IMG/VR virus record: IMGVR_UViG_3300043478_000034 | Length of the DNA stretch: 64,000 nt | Direction: 5' to 3' (one strand) | Source of the DNA: a virus | Shown here: positions 1-6,795 of the stretch, piece by piece | Position numbering within the stretch: position 1 is the first letter of the stretch | Layout: each line of letters begins with the position of its first letter | Made by a program: the position numbers and the translations under genes | The notes under the pieces: generated by a model | The model's input: only the letters and a program-made list of their open reading frames with translations | The model's database searches: none | Told to the model about the DNA's origin: nothing

Positions 1-177
1 GGCCCGTCTACGCTCTGCCTCGTAGAGCAGCGGTACCTGCAAGCCGAACGTGCCCATGCCCTTGAACTCCCGGTAGAAGACATCCCAGTTGCGGAGCACA
101 GCCAGTGCGGCGGTGACCTCGGCTAGCTGGTCGTCAGGTAGTTCACGGATTGCGTCTTCCCAATCGTCGAATCTCAT
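1..177 (-). CDS. hypothetical protein (N-terminal part; continues past the left edge)
   Basis: ATG at 177 is preceded by AAAGGAGAAC (184-193). The frame stays open to position 1 (MRFDDWEDAIRELPDDQLAEV...). Too short for the ORF track. Confidence 0.45.
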   Translation of the reverse strand, partial: MRFDDWEDAIRELPDDQLAEVTAALAVLRNWDVFYREFKGMGTFGLQVPLLYEAERRRA

Positions 178-205
178 AGTCTAGTTCTCCTTTGTTGTCT
201 ATAGG

Positions 206-280
206 TTACCGGTTAGGCGTGCCTGCTGCCACGCCGAAAAAGAATGCCATGATGATGAGCAGCACACAGCCTATGCTCAT
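206..280 (-). CDS. 24-aa hydrophobic micro-ORF (MSIGCVLLIIMAFFFGVAAGTPNR)
   Basis: Hand-translated. Its ATG overlaps the TGA of 277..531 (ATGA coupling). Below the ORF-track cutoff. Confidence 0.25.
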   Translation of the reverse strand: MSIGCVLLIIMAFFFGVAAGTPNR

Positions 281-531
281 AGCTGTGCGATGACCTGCCG
301 CATGTCACCCTCATCCTCGTTGCCCTTGCACTGGTCCGGGGATACGGTGAAGTCATCGACCTCGTCGTGCAGTGTCATGGCACGCTGCCCATCCTGGTCA
401 GCCCAGACCCACATGATACGGGGATTGCCGTGGAAGTGGATGCGTACCCCCAGGTCACGGCAGAGGCGCAACTGTCTCTCTACCCAGAACGGCGTGGCCG
501 CAGGTTGCAGGCTCACGATGAACTTTGTCAT
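277..531 (-). CDS. hypothetical protein
   Basis: 84-aa track ORF. ATG 531 is preceded by TAGGAGAACAGAC. Confidence 0.6.
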   Translation of the reverse strand: MTKFIVSLQPAATPFWVERQLRLCRDLGVRIHFHGNPRIMWVWADQDGQRAMTLHDEVDDFTVSPDQCKGNEDEGDMRQVIAQL

Positions 532-608
532 GTCTGTTCTCCTATCTCGTTGACGCTAGCCAACTAAGCGGCACAGCAGAGATGTCCCTGCCGTACCTCC
601 CTAGCAGT

Positions 609-884
609 CTATCGCTTGGCGAACTGAGTGTTGCCGCCGCCGCCATAGCTACCCAAGCCACGCTCCTTGGCCACTGCCATGACAGCGGCAACTTCAGCGA
701 GGTGACATTCGGTGTCGGTCGCACAGCCACCGATCGTGGTGCCCTTGGACATCTCCGCTTCCGCATCGACCGACGCCATCTCGACAGCCATGTACTTGTC
801 GAACATGGAGTCCGCAGTGTAGAAGGCATAGGTCATGACCGTGGTGAAGGCCAAGCAGCGGATGAACTGATTGAAATTTCTCAT
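609..884 (-). CDS. hypothetical protein with hydrophobic N-terminus
   Basis: Track ORF 609..917 trimmed to ATG 884, which follows GGGAGAATCAATCAC. 91 aa. Confidence 0.55.
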   Translation of the reverse strand: MRNFNQFIRCLAFTTVMTYAFYTADSMFDKYMAVEMASVDAEAEMSKGTTIGGCATDTECHLAEVAAVMAVAKERGLGSYGGGGNTQFAKR

Positions 885-983
885 GTGATTGATTCTCCCT
901 GAGTTATCGGTATTCACTGGGGTTGATCCAGCTAGCAGGACTGTATGACGTGTGCCATCCAGCCTGTAGTTGACTCAGCCTAT

Positions 984-997
984 GTCCCCAGGGGGAC
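984..997. repeat. GTCCCCAGGGGGAC hairpin-forming 14-mer (copy 1 of 2)
   Basis: Identical to 47832-47845. It lies 1 nt downstream (minus-strand sense) of the stop of 999..1229. Confidence 0.5.
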
Positions 998-998
998 G

Positions 999-1229
999 TT
1001 AGTCGCCGTCGAGCATGTGGTCAGCCTGTGAGCGGCGCATCTCCAGGCGTGTCTCGTAGCGTGCGGTGAATAGCTCATCCCGCTGTTTACGCAGGGTGTC
1101 TATCCGCTTGGCACACTCGATGAACTTGGGCAGCGGCAGATAGCTGTAGACCTGCATGATCGTGTGGATCTCCAGGTCTATCTCCCGTATGCTCAACCGC
1201 TTGACGTCGATGGGTACGATTTGCACCAT
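999..1229 (-). CDS. hypothetical protein
   Basis: Track ORF 999..1526 trimmed to ATG 1229 (aa 100). This start lies 2 nt after the TAG of 1232..1504 and has a GGGGAGG upstream. Confidence 0.5.
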   Translation of the reverse strand: MVQIVPIDVKRLSIREIDLEIHTIMQVYSYLPLPKFIECAKRIDTLRKQRDELFTARYETRLEMRRSQADHMLDGD

Positions 1230-1231
1230 GA

Positions 1232-1504
1232 CTAGCTGGCCTCCCCTGCGACGATAGCCTTGCACGCTGCTTCCGCTGGCCCATAGCTGGCGTCCAGTGT
1301 GGACCCGCAGCCATTCAACTCGGCCATCTTGAGCAGGAACATGGTCACCACAGGGTGAGTGTTCTTGGCCTTGGTACCAAGCTGCCGGGCATGGACATCG
1401 TCGCATACGGCGTCCATAACCAAGCTGAACGTGTAGGCCACGCCCGATAGGTTGCACGCATCCTGGACATCGAGTGCCCGTTGCGCGGCTTGTTGTATAG
1501 TCAT
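1232..1504 (-). CDS. hypothetical protein
   Basis: 90-aa ORF. ATG 1504 is preceded by GGAAGGAGAATCAATCGT. Confidence 0.6.
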   Translation of the reverse strand: MTIQQAAQRALDVQDACNLSGVAYTFSLVMDAVCDDVHARQLGTKAKNTHPVVTMFLLKMAELNGCGSTLDASYGPAEAACKAIVAGEAS

Positions 1505-1527
1505 ACGATTGATTCTCCTTCCGCATG

Positions 1528-1540
1528 GTTAGTAACTAAC
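1528..1540. repeat. GTTAGTNACTAAC palindrome, copy 1/42 (centre A)
   Basis: Intergenic, 23 nt upstream of ATG 1504 (minus strand). Confidence 0.95.
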
Positions 1541-1590
1541 CAGCTAATGGGCCAGTGCGACATTGCCGCCCTGCCCATAGCTGCCCAAGG

Positions 1591-1770
1591 TTAATGCACT
1601 TGGGATAACAGCACTTGCCGTGACTGAGTGTTCACGACCCGCCACGATACGCCTAGCCCGTCGAGACGCCGCGCCTCACGCTGCGCCTTGGCTAGGCTGT
1701 GGTGAAGTGGGCCATTCCCTGACCAGTAGGGTACATTGGCGGATTTGAACTGAACGATGAAACGGTCCAT
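1591..1770 (-). CDS. hypothetical protein
   Basis: Track ORF 1591..1827 trimmed to ATG 1770, which follows AAGGAGAATCAATCAC. 59 aa. Confidence 0.55.
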   Translation of the reverse strand: MDRFIVQFKSANVPYWSGNGPLHHSLAKAQREARRLDGLGVSWRVVNTQSRQVLLSQVH

Positions 1771-1856
1771 GTGATTGATTCTCCTTGCGTTATGTGTTAG
1801 CTTGTGGCCAACCAAGTAGCACAGCACCCGTAGATGCCGTACCCTTTAGCAGTCCC

Positions 1857-2096
1857 CTAGAGCTTGACGGTCGAGACGTTCGAGACGGTCCAGCCAAAGC
1901 TAGCCCATCGGCCAGTGGTTGGCACGGCAGCCTTGTCGGACACGTATCGCCGCATCTGGATCGAGCGGTTGCCCGGTACTGTCGAGTCCAGCGCGACGAC
2001 GGCATCCTGGCTAGCGGGGAAACACCCGTCGTAGCGGAGCATGTCCATGGGGAACGTGCCCTTGCCCATCACGAAAAAACGCTGGCTATACTTCAT
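1857..2096 (-). CDS. hypothetical protein
   Basis: Track ORF 1857..2204 trimmed to ATG 2096, which follows ACAGGAGTATTACCGC. 79 aa. Confidence 0.5.
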   Translation of the reverse strand: MKYSQRFFVMGKGTFPMDMLRYDGCFPASQDAVVALDSTVPGNRSIQMRRYVSDKAAVPTTGRWASFGWTVSNVSTVKL

Positions 2097-2234
2097 GCGG
2101 TAATACTCCTGTCGCGACGGACTAGACATCCGAGACGCGAATAGGCCACCCCCGAGAGACAACTCTCCCGTGGATAGCCTATTCGTGGGGGTGTTTGTCG
2201 GCACACCCCATGCCGCTAGACGGTACTGGCGGTA

Positions 2235-2645
2235 CTACTCGCCTTTGCTGGCCAGCGCCGAGTCGTTCGCCTTGATAAAGGCGCGGATCTCCTTCTCGGC
2301 ATCGAGGAGAGTGAGCATCTGCTCTTTGTACAGCGTGACGGGAAACCGAGCGCCGAGATTGTAGATGGACATAGCGCGCTTCTCGGACACCTTGAAAACC
2401 AACGGACGCTTGACCTTGACGACGGGTTTGGCAGCAGACAGTTTGGCATTCTCTGCCTTGAGACGGGCGATTTCGGCGATGGTGGCCGAGTTATCGACCA
2501 CGGGCTTGGGTGCCGTGATCTTGGCCAGCGCATCGGCCACGGCAGCGGCAACGATTGCCGAGATGTCGAAAGACGGGACAGCAGTCGGTACTGTCGCAAT
2601 CGCCTTGCCATTGATCATGTTCTTAACGGTCGTGTTGATAGCCAT
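2235..2645 (-). CDS. hypothetical protein (first gene of the leftward arm)
   Basis: 136-aa ORF. ATG 2645 is preceded by TGGAGAACTAATCAC. Confidence 0.65.
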   Translation of the reverse strand: MAINTTVKNMINGKAIATVPTAVPSFDISAIVAAAVADALAKITAPKPVVDNSATIAEIARLKAENAKLSAAKPVVKVKRPLVFKVSEKRAMSIYNLGARFPVTLYKEQMLTLLDAEKEIRAFIKANDSALASKGE

Positions 2646-2674
2646 GTGATTAGTTCTCCATATAGCTCATTCCC

Positions 2675-2683
2675 TGTATACCA
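2675..2683 (-). promoter_or_regulatory. extended -10 promoter element TGGTATACA for the leftward arm
   Basis: The minus strand reads TGgTATACA about 30 nt upstream of ATG 2645, just after hairpin 2688-2732. Confidence 0.35.
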
Positions 2684-2687
2684 GGAC

Positions 2688-2732
2688 GGCTATGGCGGTA
2701 GATACAGTTCTCCTCTATCTATCGCCATAGCC
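2688..2732. other. strong hairpin (10 + 5 bp)
   Basis: GGCTATGGCG-GT-AGATA...TATCT-AT-CGCCATAGCC. Confidence 0.5.
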
Positions 2733-2799
2733 GTACCGACAGTCCAGTCCGCCACCGTCGCAGGGACGCAGCTCTCGATGGAGCTATCGCGTTCTGTTC

Positions 2800-2812
2800 G
2801 TTAGTGACTAAC
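2800..2812. repeat. GTTAGTNACTAAC palindrome, copy 2/42 (centre G)
   Basis: In the control region, 154 nt upstream of ATG 2645 (minus strand). Confidence 0.95.
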
Positions 2813-3229
2813 TGTCTGTCGGTCGTATCTATGTTGCGAATCATGGGCTACAGTCTGCCTGTACCCTAGACCGCTATTGTGTTTTACTGGGGACCGTTCG
2901 TTTAAGCATCGCTACGCCTACCAGTGGTCAATACCCACGCTGGAATTGTTAGGGTGATCGCTCGCGCATCTTACCGCCATCGCGACACCATGGAGTTGAG
3001 ATTTACTTAGTCCATGGCTACTCACTAGGGGACCGATCAAGGGATTCTCCACCTTGCCGACGGTCTTTCTTCCAAGATACACGTGTAGCAACTAACTTAT
3101 GTCCGTTAACCTTATGCGAGTCTCGCGTCGATAGACTATCATCCGACAGTCCGCGTGACCGTGTTCCGTACTCGCTCTTAAGCATCGCGCCCTTCAAGGT
3201 GGCCGACATGACCTAACTAGACCGACACA

Positions 3230-3282
3230 GGGATGACTACCCGCCGTCTTACTCCTTCGGTTCTGGGGATGACTACCCGCCG
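3230..3282 (+). repeat. 17-bp direct repeat GGGATGACTACCCGCCG, two copies 36 bp apart
   Basis: Identical copies at 3230-3246 and 3266-3282 in the ORF-poor control region. Confidence 0.7.
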
Positions 3283-3598
3283 ATTGGATTCATGCTTGCG
3301 ATGCCGAATATGTCAAATAACTGAGGTAATCTCCGCTTTTCTCGCTCGTGAGCTTTCGTTTCGCTCTTGGGTACTTGCGGACACTGCTACTAATGCAAGG
3401 TCATGGCCAAACTCAAATTTGCCTTGCCAGACTCAATAGAATCATGAGGATGTGTACTTTATGCGACAAAGCAACCATGCCGAGACGGCACAAATGACTG
3501 GTAAAAGATGTACTATTTACCTGATTTTTACTGCGATTACATGGTAAGATTTTCAGGGAAAAACGATTCACCTACCCCATTTTATTGGATCTAAAAGA

Positions 3599-3611
3599 GT
3601 TAGTCACTAAC
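3599..3611. repeat. GTTAGTNACTAAC palindrome, copy 3/42 (centre C)
   Basis: In the control region. It abuts a minus-strand TTGACA at 3612-3617. Confidence 0.95.
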
Positions 3612-3726
3612 TGTCAACGTGGCGTCTCGTTTCAGATACCGCCTTCCAGCTAGGCCAAAACAGGCAAATGATAGCGTTTGCAGTTTGCCTTTTTCTCTTT
3701 AGAATCATATAGATAGCAGGAATCGA

Positions 3727-3739
3727 GTTAGTCACTAAC
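3727..3739. repeat. GTTAGTNACTAAC palindrome, copy 4/42 (centre C)
   Basis: In the control region. Confidence 0.95.
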
Positions 3740-3872
3740 TTGCAAGAATGGCTGTTTTCCTTACATCCGCTGTACTCGTGGCGGACCAGCTAGGGCTAGA
3801 TTGAACGCGGCGTCTTGTTATTTTTGTGTGCTATATAAAGGATACAAACGCGGCCGCAATACCATTGGTAAG

Positions 3873-3972
3873 CCACGCGAGGTACGTGGTACGCGAGGTA
3901 CGTAGTGATAGACACGTGGTACGCGAGGTACGTGCTACGTGGTACGTACCACGCGAGACACGCGAGGTAAGA
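3873..3972. repeat. iteron-like array
   Basis: ACGCGAGGTA occurs at 3875, 3891, 3921 and 3960, with a partial copy at 3951. The 20-mer ACGTGGTACGCGAGGTACGT occurs at 3884-3903 and 3914-3933. The 16-bp palindrome CGTGGTACGTACCACG lies at 3938-3953. An AT-rich tract follows at 4040-4100. Confidence 0.7.
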
Positions 3973-4075
3973 CAATGACACGTACCACCCGCGCGGGGCC
4001 AGGGGGCGGGCGGATGGGTCCCATGGTGTACCCAGAATACGACCAATTTTTGAACTATTGGGGCATAAAATAATA

Positions 4076-4084
4076 TGCTATACT
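4076..4084 (+). promoter_or_regulatory. extended -10 element TGcTATACT
   Basis: It lies 11 nt upstream of palindrome copy 4096 and 41 nt upstream of ATG 4125. No good -35 box. Confidence 0.3.
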
Positions 4085-4095
4085 AGAAATAAACA

Positions 4096-4108
4096 GTTAG
4101 TCACTAAC
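4096..4108. repeat. GTTAGTNACTAAC palindrome, copy 5/42 (centre C)
   Basis: 16 nt upstream of ATG 4125. Confidence 0.95.
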
Positions 4109-4124
4109 TGGAAAGGGCGAATAA

Positions 4125-4304
4125 ATGGCGAAATGTGAGAAATGTCGTGTAAAAAGCATGGAAATCGCACTGCGCGACCAGCGTATCCGCATACTGGAGG
4201 CGATTATTAAGGAATATATAGAAAATGACCCCGGCTACGGCATTGGTGATGGGTATCCTAACGAGATAGTGGCCAGAATGCGCGAGATTCTAGCCGATAG
4301 TTAG
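4125..4304 (+). CDS. small AT-rich hypothetical protein (59 aa, N-terminal CxxC)
   Basis: Hand-translated: MAKCEKCRVKSMEIALRDQRIRILEAIIKEYIENDPGYGIGDGYPNEIVARMREILADS. It starts 16 nt after palindrome copy 4096-4108. Its TAG stop lies inside copy 4300-4312. One codon below the ORF-track cutoff. Confidence 0.45.
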   Translation: MAKCEKCRVKSMEIALRDQRIRILEAIIKEYIENDPGYGIGDGYPNEIVARMREILADS

Positions 4305-4312
4305 TCACTAAC
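4300..4312. repeat. GTTAGTNACTAAC palindrome, copy 6/42 (centre C)
   Basis: Contains the TAG stop of 4125..4304. Confidence 0.95.
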
Positions 4313-4330
4313 CGGGATTTACAGGTAAAA

Positions 4331-4343
4331 GTTAGTGACTAAC
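4331..4343. repeat. GTTAGTNACTAAC palindrome, copy 7/42 (centre G)
   Basis: 18 nt after copy 6. Confidence 0.95.
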
Positions 4344-4632
4344 TGGCAAAATGGCTCGATTACAGCGTTTTTACTAAGCAGGCACGTACTCCCCCACGGG
4401 GGGTCCTGGAAATTCACGTCCTGGAGGACCGATAATGAGACAATTCACCCATAACCCTTGCATTTTCATGCACTTACCTCCACTTTTACTACCATTTTCG
4501 GAGATATACACCATATGGAGAGTCGATTGCCCCCACTTTTCATTTCTCGGTTTGCCCTCACTTTACATTTCAAAGTACTCTTTATGAATTGCAAAAAGTA
4601 GTCTATATACTGTACTTTTCCGGGAATCCAAA

Positions 4633-5640
4633 ATGCCAAAACCGTCCCATCTCGAACTTTTGTCAAAAGGCACCCAGTCATTTACCCCTGATAGGCTGTT
4701 CTTGGCCCTTGGCGGGGCCTACACGCACGAAAATCTACTTGCCGCGTGCGGGAGGCTACCCATACGAGATCAGCGCCTCCTACGCCAAATGGTGAGGAAT
4801 TTCACTCCGTGGCTAAAATGGCGGGGGTTAGTTACCAACTCGCAATTCGCCGACCTGTGGGAATTTGCGACAGACCCAACGCCAGTATTGCAAATCTCCC
4901 CAGCGTCACGAGCACGGCTGGAACATTCCCTGGCCACCATCGACCGAACCAACAATTATCACAACGTCCAGTGCAATGCGCTATTCATGCTGGCACTGGG
5001 ACTAGGTATTCATCCACGCCACGCCTATACGCTGACATTACTCGACATTGCACGTATACGATCATTATTGAAATCCCTGCACTGCTACACCCAGTGGGCC
5101 TGGACGTACATTGACAAGTTAGTCACCAACAGAGGTGTGCATTTACGCCGTGGCCATTATGTACCCCAGCTATTCATCACCTACGGCACCGGCGTCCCCA
5201 TCGACCTCGCCACTGCCCACGGTCTCGCCAGCCGATGGAAGTCCCTCTACAGTCTCAACGCACGCGAAGCCATCCTCGCCCACCGCACCATGGCCGTGGA
5301 GTTCGCCGGTAACCGCCGCGCCATTACTACCCTATATAAGGAGATATTCACCGCAAATGAAAAACACCCAGGCCGATACTCGACTCCGTCAGACAGTGGC
5401 GTCCCTGTCCCAGCAACTACACCAGAACCAGACCCGGGGGGCAATGCCACTATCACCCATCCATACTGGGATGGCACCGCCCGTGATACGCAGTCACTCA
5501 AGTCCATCTCTACCGCACTCCAGCTTGCCACCCACCGGCACTTCGTCAGGTACCGGTACCTCGTTGCGCGCCGAGATTATGATCATCGCCAATACCTGCT
5601 TAGATCACATGCCGAACCGCTCGATAGCCATCTTGTCTAA
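4633..5640 (+). CDS. hypothetical protein, weak tyrosine-recombinase-like features
   Basis: 335-aa ORF. LGLGIHPRHAYTLTLLDI resembles recombinase box I. AHRT...TTLYKE resembles box II with its Tyr. No clear SD. The 3' end is uncertain because it overlaps 5357..5782. Confidence 0.5.
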   Translation: MPKPSHLELLSKGTQSFTPDRLFLALGGAYTHENLLAACGRLPIRDQRLLRQMVRNFTPWLKWRGLVTNSQFADLWEFATDPTPVLQISPASRARLEHSLATIDRTNNYHNVQCNALFMLALGLGIHPRHAYTLTLLDIARIRSLLKSLHCYTQWAWTYIDKLVTNRGVHLRRGHYVPQLFITYGTGVPIDLATAHGLASRWKSLYSLNAREAILAHRTMAVEFAGNRRAITTLYKEIFTANEKHPGRYSTPSDSGVPVPATTPEPDPGGNATITHPYWDGTARDTQSLKSISTALQLATHRHFVRYRYLVARRDYDHRQYLLRSHAEPLDSHLV

Positions 5641-5782
5641 ACGTAGTGGCGTAAACGTCCAAACCATTCGCCACATGGCCACCCGTGGCAAGATCGTCAA
5701 CCTTGCCACCATTGTCTCCCTCGCCGCCGCCATCAATGCCACCATCCACATCTCCATGGAGGCCCACGTTGCCAAGGCGTAA
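5357..5782 (+). CDS. HTH DNA-binding protein (Cro/CI-like)
   Basis: Internal ATG of track ORF 5135..5782, preceded by TATAAGGAGATATTCACCGCAA. C-terminal HTH: SIAILSKRSGVNVQTIRHMATRGKIVNLATIVSLAAAI. The start is uncertain (alternatives 5579, 5609). Confidence 0.55.
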   Translation: MKNTQADTRLRQTVASLSQQLHQNQTRGAMPLSPIHTGMAPPVIRSHSSPSLPHSSLPPTGTSSGTGTSLRAEIMIIANTCLDHMPNRSIAILSKRSGVNVQTIRHMATRGKIVNLATIVSLAAAINATIHISMEAHVAKA

Positions 5783-5909
5783 ATTAAAAGAGCGCGTCCC
5801 ATACCCGTCCCCAGCTAACCCCAACCCCACTGTTGGACCCATCGACGCCAAGACCGACAGTGACCGCAAGAGTCGTGACCGCCGCCTCGCCACATTACGT
5901 GAGCAAATC

Positions 5910-6572
5910 ATGGCCGCAGAGGCCACCGCCCCAGACAAATCCAACCGCGACCGCGCCGCCGCCGCTGCCAAGGCACGCACCTTATCTCGCCGGTACAAGA
6001 TCCCATCCTCCATTCGCGACGACATCGGCCTCACCCGTGATGAGATACTATCTAGTGCGCCAGTGTTGGCTGCGGCAGTGCGGCCTCTACCTCCAGTGGA
6101 ACCCCTGCCACCAAGCTGGCGCAAGTACTTTGCTCAAATGTGCCGCTATAGTCAAGCCGTACAATTCCGCCATCGGCTGGCCACCAAGCACGACTTGCCT
6201 ATCGACTGGTATGATATGCCGACCAAGGGTGGACTAAGCGATGTATTCAATGCGGTCTTCCTCGATGCCGACGCCGTAGCCATTACATTAGGTATCAGCG
6301 ACAACGCGGCCACCCGCCTCATGACTACTGGCCTCATCCCCAGCTTTAAGGGGCCGTCATTGCCACTCATGACCACGATCCATGACCTAACCACCTACCT
6401 ATCTATGAATCGCCTCATCGACTGGCGGGTCGTCATGTACCAAGCGGGGTGGAAAGCCGGTCTCGGCGGCATGTGGCGCGACCCATCCAATGGCGAATAC
6501 ATTCCCCTCACTGCCGCATTAGCCAAGGTCAAGGAGCGTATTGACGTCAAATTCGGTGCCAAACTCGCCTAG
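5910..6572 (+). CDS. DNA-binding protein (excisionase/MerR-like HTH near the C-terminus)
   Basis: Track ORF 5685..6572 (GTG start) trimmed to the first ATG after the upstream stop. HTH-like segment: AVAITLGISDNAATRLMTTGLIPSF. The start is uncertain. Confidence 0.5.
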   Translation: MAAEATAPDKSNRDRAAAAAKARTLSRRYKIPSSIRDDIGLTRDEILSSAPVLAAAVRPLPPVEPLPPSWRKYFAQMCRYSQAVQFRHRLATKHDLPIDWYDMPTKGGLSDVFNAVFLDADAVAITLGISDNAATRLMTTGLIPSFKGPSLPLMTTIHDLTTYLSMNRLIDWRVVMYQAGWKAGLGGMWRDPSNGEYIPLTAALAKVKERIDVKFGAKLA

Positions 6573-6625
6573 CTGTGTGTCACACATATACATAATGACG
6601 CAACACCCCTATACCTAGTGGTTAC

Positions 6626-6655
6626 TTGACATGACACGTCAACAGGTGGTATACT
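6626..6655 (+). promoter_or_regulatory. sigma70-like promoter P1 (TTGACA-N18-TGgTATACT)
   Basis: The -35 box TTGACA is at 6626-6631. The -10 box TATACT is at 6650-6655 with TG at 6647-6648. The inverted repeat TTGAC-N7-GTCAA (6626-6642) overlaps the -35 box. This is the first strong promoter facing the virion genes. Confidence 0.6.
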
Positions 6656-6710
6656 AGTATCTAGCTGTAGTGTTCCAGTCTGAGTCTAGTTGATGCCATA
6701 CGAGCCAGGA

Positions 6711-6759
6711 GTGCCCAGTGGGGGTTAGTTCAGTGATTGGTTCTCACCCTCACTGGCAC
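6711..6759 (+). promoter_or_regulatory. 5'-UTR stem-loop between P1 and the first downstream gene
   Basis: GTGCC(C)AGTGGGG pairs with CCCTCACTGGCAC (about 13 bp with one bulge). Confidence 0.35.
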
Positions 6760-6764
6760 GTCTG

Positions 6765-6777
6765 GTTAGTTACTAAC
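6765..6777. repeat. GTTAGTNACTAAC palindrome, copy 8/42 (centre T)
   Basis: 18 nt upstream of ATG 6796. The SD follows directly. Confidence 0.95.
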
Positions 6778-6795
6778 TAAGGAGAACCATTCACA

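Noticed and set aside
1541-1600. A sequence after the stop of 1591..1770 resembles the 3' end of gene 609..884 (LGSYGQGGNVALAH versus LGSYGGGGNTQFAKR, about 22/30 nt identical). This could point to a -1 frameshift extension or an overlapping 33-aa GTG ORF.
   Set aside because: No slippery heptamer or downstream structure was recognised. The alternative frame is open for only about 45 codons. The similarity is short and could be a remnant of duplication. It cannot be decided without homologues.
3599-3617. A minus-strand promoter made of TTGACA (3617-3612), with the palindrome as a 17-nt spacer and TTAGAT as the -10 box.
   Set aside because: The -10 box matches only 3 of 6 consensus positions. 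The transcript would also need a ~950-nt leader. It is noted as a possibility only.
3873-3972. A possible CRISPR array.
   Set aside because: The repeats are only 10-20 nt, irregularly spaced and partly overlapping or palindromic. There are no uniform spacers and no cas genes in the window.
3018-4046. Track ORFs in the control region (3018..3209-, 3233..3439+, 3796..3981-, 3831..4046-).
   Set aside because: Their sequences come from the direct repeats and iterons (for example MTTRRL twice, and YLAYHV repeats). They have no ribosome-binding sites and implausible composition.
4633-5640. A confident integrase call, which would imply a temperate lifestyle.
   Set aside because: There is only a weak box I/box II resemblance. 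The second His/Trp and a clear catalytic context are missing. No att-like repeat or flanking host DNA is visible. I kept it as a low-confidence note in the feature list.
5135-5782. The full 215-aa track ORF taken as a single gene.
   Set aside because: Its first 74 codons are Pro/Ser-rich and overlap 4633..5640. A strong SD-ATG at 5357 and the C-terminal HTH argue for the shorter gene.
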